From contig NZ_CM001976.1 of NCBI RefSeq assembly GCF_000406145.1, positions 4,673,677-4,705,676 on the forward strand: DNA of 32,000 bases, written 5' to 3'. The stretch's first letter is position 1. Each line of letters opens with the position of its first letter. Made by a program: the position numbers and the translations under genes. This document shows, in pieces, positions 26,797 to 32,000 of the stretch. The DNA is from Dickeya dadantii NCPPB 898 (lineage in GTDB: Bacteria > Pseudomonadota > Gammaproteobacteria > Enterobacterales > Enterobacteriaceae). Below the pieces are notes generated by a model. The model saw only the letters and a program-made list of their open reading frames with translations. It searched no databases and was not told the DNA's origin.

Positions 26797-26969
26797 TATC
26801 CTTTCCGGTGAATACCGTCAACATGAACCATGAGTCAAATAATAATTTTCTCTGGCAGATGAACAGAAACGAGAGCGAGATAACACTTTTATTGCATAAT
26901 ATGCAGGCATCTCTGGTGATCGCGTTTCCTGATTCAATACCGTCCCGATGAATAATTGAGAACAAATAA

Positions 26970-28169
26970 GTGATTGAAATAGAAAATGATGTTCCAGTTC
27001 TTCGCCAGATATCCGTCCGTGCCGTGATGGAGTACCTGCTGCATGCGGGACCGGCATCCCGCGCGGCGATGGCGAAAGCGACCAGGCTATCCAAGCAGAC
27101 CATGTCTGAAGTGATTCTGATCCTGGAAGAGCGGGGGTGGGTTCGCCCTTGTGGGCTCGAATCAGGTAAGGTCGGGCGCGCCGCCATGAATTACGAGATC
27201 GCCGACGATCTGGCTTACGTGCTGGGTATGGACGTCGGCGCCACCAGCATTCGGCTGAGCCTGGTTAACCTCCGCGGCAATGAAATAGCGCATTACGAAG
27301 AGGAAAACGATAACTCGGGCGGCATCAACCTGGTCAATCGCCTGTGCCAGTTAAAAAAGGATTTGCTGGCTCAGCAACAGATAGACGAACGTAAGTTGCA
27401 CAGCGTCAGCGTCGCCATTCCCGGCGTTATCAATCAGAAAACCGGCACGCTGGATATGGCGCCCAACCTGAAAAATATGAGCGGCTTCGCGCTACGAGAC
27501 AGCATGCAGCAGGCTTTCGGCTGTGAAGTGCTGATCGAAAACGACATCAATGCCGCGGCCATCGGCGAATACTGGCGGGGATGCGGGCAGGATGATCACT
27601 CACTGGCCTTCATTTCGCTGGGTACCGGGATTGGTCTGGGGCTGATACTGGAAGGGATTCTGCTGCGCGGCGCGATGGGTGCGGCCGGTGAGATCTCTTA
27701 TCTGCCGCTGGGCGGCGATGCCTATACGTCAGAGAGTCTACGTCAGGGGACGCTGGAATCGGTACTGGGAGCCGCAGGCATCAGCAAGCGCTACCATTTT
27801 GCAGGCGGCGCCGCCAATACGCCGGTCCGGGAGATTCTAAGCCGTTACGCCGATAAAGAGCCCGCCGCCATCGTGACCATCGAAGAAACCGCCCGTACCG
27901 CCGCCTTACTGGTCCTGTCGGTGTCACTGATGTTTGACCCTGAAAGCATTATCATTGGCGGTAATATTGGCATCCGCCCGGAACTGACCGAGCGCATTCG
28001 TTTTTACCTGAACAATTGCTCGCCTCACCCAATCCAGCTCAAGTCCAGTACCCTCGGGTCACAGTCGGTGCTCACCGGGTCTGTAGCTATATCACTGAAT
28101 AAATTACATAATTATCTTTTTGGCTTACCCGAGTTATCGCGGCAGATCTCCTTGCCGAAGCATCTCTGA
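26970..28169 (+). CDS. ROK-family transcriptional regulator (second paralogue), lacks the Zn-binding Cys motif
   Basis: 399 aa with a GTG start (uncertain). wHTH PASRAAMAKATRLSKQTMSEVILILEERGWV; MDVGATS, ENDINAAAIGE, LGTGIGLGLI..G....G..GAAGEI. Confidence 0.85.
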   Translation: MIEIENDVPVLRQISVRAVMEYLLHAGPASRAAMAKATRLSKQTMSEVILILEERGWVRPCGLESGKVGRAAMNYEIADDLAYVLGMDVGATSIRLSLVNLRGNEIAHYEEENDNSGGINLVNRLCQLKKDLLAQQQIDERKLHSVSVAIPGVINQKTGTLDMAPNLKNMSGFALRDSMQQAFGCEVLIENDINAAAIGEYWRGCGQDDHSLAFISLGTGIGLGLILEGILLRGAMGAAGEISYLPLGGDAYTSESLRQGTLESVLGAAGISKRYHFAGGAANTPVREILSRYADKEPAAIVTIEETARTAALLVLSVSLMFDPESIIIGGNIGIRPELTERIRFYLNNCSPHPIQLKSSTLGSQSVLTGSVAISLNKLHNYLFGLPELSRQISLPKHL

Positions 28170-28177
28170 TCCTACCC

Positions 28178-28206
28178 GCCATGTCGGAGAATCACTCCGG
28201 CATGGC
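28178..28206 (+). other. 12-bp stem hairpin 9 nt after the ROK2 stop (no U-tract)
   Basis: GCCATGTCGGAG-aatca-CTCCGGCATGGC (one G.U pair). Confidence 0.5.
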
Positions 28207-28381
28207 AGAGTTGAGGCAACCGCCAGGTCACGCGGGAAAACACGCTTTTCTTGCCCGATATATCCCCCTATCGAACCGCTGGCTGACAGCGATCCTCAAC
28301 GTAGCGATAAGAAAAAACTATCATAACCACCTAAATTATAAGTGATTTTCTTCATTCCTGCCTGATGTCACATTTTTTTAA

Positions 28382-28414
28382 TTATTTAGTTCGACATATT
28401 GACGAACTAAATAA
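28382..28414. promoter_or_regulatory. Perfect 12-bp inverted repeat, putative operator upstream of the ATPase gene
   Basis: TTATTTAGTTCG-acatattga-CGAACTAAATAA, about 90 nt upstream of ATG 28507. A TTGACG hexamer lies inside it. Confidence 0.5.
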
Positions 28415-28506
28415 AGCTCCGTCATGATGTCATCCACTCCGGTAGCCGATCGGGTTTACATCGGCTAGCGCGTCTCTCAACAATGAGCGGTGGACGGAAC
28501 GATCTG

Positions 28507-29616
<1,110 letters not shown>

Positions 29617-29649
29617 CAACGCCAGCCCGGTTTAGCGATATCCAATGAC

Positions 29650-29676
29650 AAAAAAGCCTCCGGAAAGGAGGCTTTG
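29650..29676. terminator. Bidirectional terminator between the ATPase gene and glyS
   Basis: A6-GCCTCC-ggaaa-GGAGGC-TTT. Confidence 0.75.
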
Positions 29677-29711
29677 GCATACACAGCGCTCTGCGCTGGT
29701 TATCCGGGCGT

Positions 29712-31796
29712 TTACTGCAACACCGAAATATCCGCGACTTTCAGGAACAGGTTGCGCAGTTCGTTGAGCAGCGTCAGGCGATTGATACGCACCTGCTGGT
29801 CATCGGCGTTAACCATCACCTTGTCGAAGAAGTTGTCCACCGGCTCGCGCAGTTGCGCCAGCTCGCCCAGCGCTTCCTGATAACGGCCTTCGGCAAACCA
29901 CGGCGCCAGCTTGCTGGTCAGCGCGGTGACGTAGGTCGCCAGCTGGATTTCCTCATTCTCTTTCAGCAACGCCGCCTGCACGCTGTCGTTCAGCGTTTCG
30001 GTGGATTTAGCCAGAATGTTGGACACGCGCTTGTTGGCGGCGGCCAGCGCTTCGGCTTGCTCCAGCGTACGGAAGTGGCTTACCGCTTTCACACGGGCGT
30101 CGAAATCCGCCGGACGAGTCGGACGACGCGCCAGCACCGCCTGAATGGTGTCCACGCTGTGACCTTCTTCCTGATACCAGGCGCGGAAGCGGCCCAGCAT
30201 GAACTCGATCACATCGTCCACCACGTTGGCGTTCCCTGCATTGATAGCACTCAGCTTGTCGCCGTACAGGCGCACCGCTTCTTCGGTCAGGGTTTGCAGA
30301 TCCAGCGGCAGGCGTTTTTCCACGATGATGCGCAGTGCGCCCAGCGCGGCGCGGCGCAGCGCGAACGGGTCCTTATCGCCTTTCGGATGCTGGCCGATAC
30401 CGAAGATCCCCGCCAGGGTATCCATCTTGTCGGCGATCGCCAGCGCACAGGCCACCGGCGAAGACGGCAGTTCATCACCGGCAAAGCGCGGCTGATACTG
30501 TTCGTTCAGCGCTACCGCCACGTCTTCGGCTTCGCCGTCGTGACGGGCGTAGTGCATCCCCATCACGCCCTGGGTGTCGGTGAATTCAAACACCATGTTG
30601 GTCATCAGGTCGCATTTGGACAGCAGGCCCGCACGTTTGGCGTGATTCACATCGGCGCCGATCTGTTCGGCCACCCAGCCCGCCAGCGCCGCGATGCGGT
30701 CGGTCTTGTCGCGCAGCGTGCCCAGCTGCTGCTGGAACAGCACGGTTTCCAGACGCGGCAGATGGTCTTCCAGGCGTTTTTTACGGTCGGTATTGAAGAA
30801 GAATTCGGCGTCGGCCAGACGCGGACGCACCACTTTCTCGTTACCGGCGATGATCTGCTGCGGGTCTTTCGATTCAATGTTGGCGACGAAAATGAAATTC
30901 GGCAGCAGCTTGCCGTCGTTGTCGTAAACCGGGAAGTATTTCTGGTCGCCTTTCATGGTGTACACCAGCGCTTCCGCCGGCACCGCCAGGAATTTCTCTT
31001 CGAATTTGGCGGTCAGCACCACCGGCCATTCCACCAGCGAGGTGACTTCTTCCAGCAGGCTGTCGCTCAGGTCGGCATTGCCGCCAATCTTGCGCGCCGC
31101 GTCTTCGGCGTCGGCTTTGATTTTGGCTTTACGCGCCTCGTAATCGGCGAGCACCTTGCCGCGCTCCAGCAGAATCTGCGGGTACTGGTCGGCGTTATCG
31201 ATAGTGAATTCCGGCTCGCCCATAAAGCGGTGACCACGGATGGTGCGGGCGGAATCGATGCCCAATACGGTGCCCGGCACCAGTTCGTCGCCCAACAGCA
31301 GAGTCACGGTGTGTACCGGACGCACAAATTGAGTTTCTTTATCGCCCCAATGCATCAGTTTCGGGATCGGCAGCTTCGCCAGCGCGGTGCTGACCATGCC
31401 CGGCAACAGCGCCTGCGCCGCTTCACCCTTCACCTGAGCGCGGAACAGCAGCCATTCGCCCTTGTCGGTGGTCAGGCGTTCGGCTTGATCGACGGTGATG
31501 CCGCAGCCGCGCGCCCAGCCTTCCGCCGCTTTGGTCGGTTTGCCTTCGGCGTCAAACGCCTGCGCGATGGCCGGCCCGCGTTTTTCCACTTCCCGGTCCG
31601 GCTGAGAAGCGCTCAAACCGGCTACTTTCAGCGCCAGACGGCGCGGCGCGGCGAACCAGTTGACCGACTGATAACCCAGCCCGGCGGCATCCAGTTCAGC
31701 GGTAAAGTTGGCGGCAAAAGATTCCGCCAGGGTACGCAAAGCTTTCGGCGGCAGCTCTTCGGTGCCGATTTCCACCAAAAATGTTTTGTCTGTCAT
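29712..31796 (-). CDS. glyS: Glycine--tRNA ligase beta subunit
   Basis: 694 aa. [32 protein letters not shown] ... ADIS.LQ is collinear with E. coli GlyS. Confidence 0.97.
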   Translation of the reverse strand: MTDKTFLVEIGTEELPPKALRTLAESFAANFTAELDAAGLGYQSVNWFAAPRRLALKVAGLSASQPDREVEKRGPAIAQAFDAEGKPTKAAEGWARGCGITVDQAERLTTDKGEWLLFRAQVKGEAAQALLPGMVSTALAKLPIPKLMHWGDKETQFVRPVHTVTLLLGDELVPGTVLGIDSARTIRGHRFMGEPEFTIDNADQYPQILLERGKVLADYEARKAKIKADAEDAARKIGGNADLSDSLLEEVTSLVEWPVVLTAKFEEKFLAVPAEALVYTMKGDQKYFPVYDNDGKLLPNFIFVANIESKDPQQIIAGNEKVVRPRLADAEFFFNTDRKKRLEDHLPRLETVLFQQQLGTLRDKTDRIAALAGWVAEQIGADVNHAKRAGLLSKCDLMTNMVFEFTDTQGVMGMHYARHDGEAEDVAVALNEQYQPRFAGDELPSSPVACALAIADKMDTLAGIFGIGQHPKGDKDPFALRRAALGALRIIVEKRLPLDLQTLTEEAVRLYGDKLSAINAGNANVVDDVIEFMLGRFRAWYQEEGHSVDTIQAVLARRPTRPADFDARVKAVSHFRTLEQAEALAAANKRVSNILAKSTETLNDSVQAALLKENEEIQLATYVTALTSKLAPWFAEGRYQEALGELAQLREPVDNFFDKVMVNADDQQVRINRLTLLNELRNLFLKVADISVLQ

Positions 31797-31805
31797 CGCT
31801 GCCTC

Positions 31806-32000
31806 TCAGCTCTGTTTACGATTGCACATCGGGAAGCCCAGCGCCTCGCGGGAGGCATAGTAGGCTTCCGCCACCGCTTTGGTCAGGGTACGAATCCGCA
31901 GGATATAGCGCTGACGTTCGGTCACGGAAATGGCTTTGCGCGCGTCCAGCAGGTTGAAGCTGTGGGCGGCTTTCAGAATGCGCTCGTAAGCAGGCAGCGG
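31806..32000 (-). CDS. glyQ: Glycine--tRNA ligase alpha subunit, C-terminal 64 codons (5' end outside the window)
   Basis: The reverse-strand frame reads ...[19 protein letters not shown] ending at TGA (31808-31806), 9 nt before the glyS ATG with a GAGG SD. Matches the GlyQ C-terminus. Confidence 0.9.
   Translation of the reverse strand, partial: PLPAYERILKAAHSFNLLDARKAISVTERQRYILRIRTLTKAVAEAYYASREALGFPMCNRKQS

Noticed and set aside
26780-27187. 135-aa and 79-aa minus-strand ORFs spanning the ROK divergent region and the ROK2 5' end
   Set aside because: They overlap the predicted promoters, the operator and the ROK2 wHTH coding region. No SD or homology.
28120-28326. 68-aa plus-strand ORF after ROK2
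   Set aside because: It overlaps the ROK2 3' end out of frame and runs through the 12-bp-stem hairpin. No SD.

Overview
Enterobacterial chromosome, probably Pectobacteriaceae/Dickeya-like (mid-50s % GC by eye; inferred from gene content and protein similarity to E. coli orthologues). Most of the window is conserved housekeeping and catabolic genes.

Left to right:
- The 3' part of an IS110-family insertion sequence, then about 630 nt of hairpin-rich non-coding DNA.
- aldB(-), fdhD(+), and sodA(+). sodA has a Fur-box promoter, an ERIC element in its 3' UTR and a terminator.
- A methyl-accepting chemotaxis protein(+) behind a sigma28 promoter.
- mtlA-mtlD-mtlR(-) with a multi-CRP-site control region.
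- A YiaF-like DUF3053 lipoprotein(-).
- A 740-bp repeat-rich control region with NtrC-like dyads, an A/T tract, a -24/-12 sigma54 promoter and a guanidine-I (ykkC) riboswitch.
- The six-gene operon this region drives: a NitT/TauT-type ABC transporter, two DUF1989 urea-amidolyase-associated proteins and a 1197-aa urea/guanidine carboxylase.
- A poorly characterised sugar locus. On the minus strand: ROK regulator, GDE_C-like glycoside hydrolase, binding protein and two permeases. On the plus strand: a second ROK regulator and a detached MalK/UgpC-type ATPase.
- glyS and the 3' end of glyQ(-).

No rRNA, tRNA, CRISPR array or defence-type genes were seen. I do not see an obviously new multi-gene system.

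The items most worth follow-up are:
- The stacked NtrC/sigma54/riboswitch control of what is most likely a guanidine (not urea) utilisation operon lacking an allophanate hydrolase.
- The sugar locus, with two cysteine-less ROK regulators and a shared dyad operator.
- The structured non-coding DNA downstream of the IS110-family transposase, a possible guide (bridge/seek) RNA or a REP-like target cluster.

All coordinates of short motifs were counted by hand and could be off by 1-2 nt.
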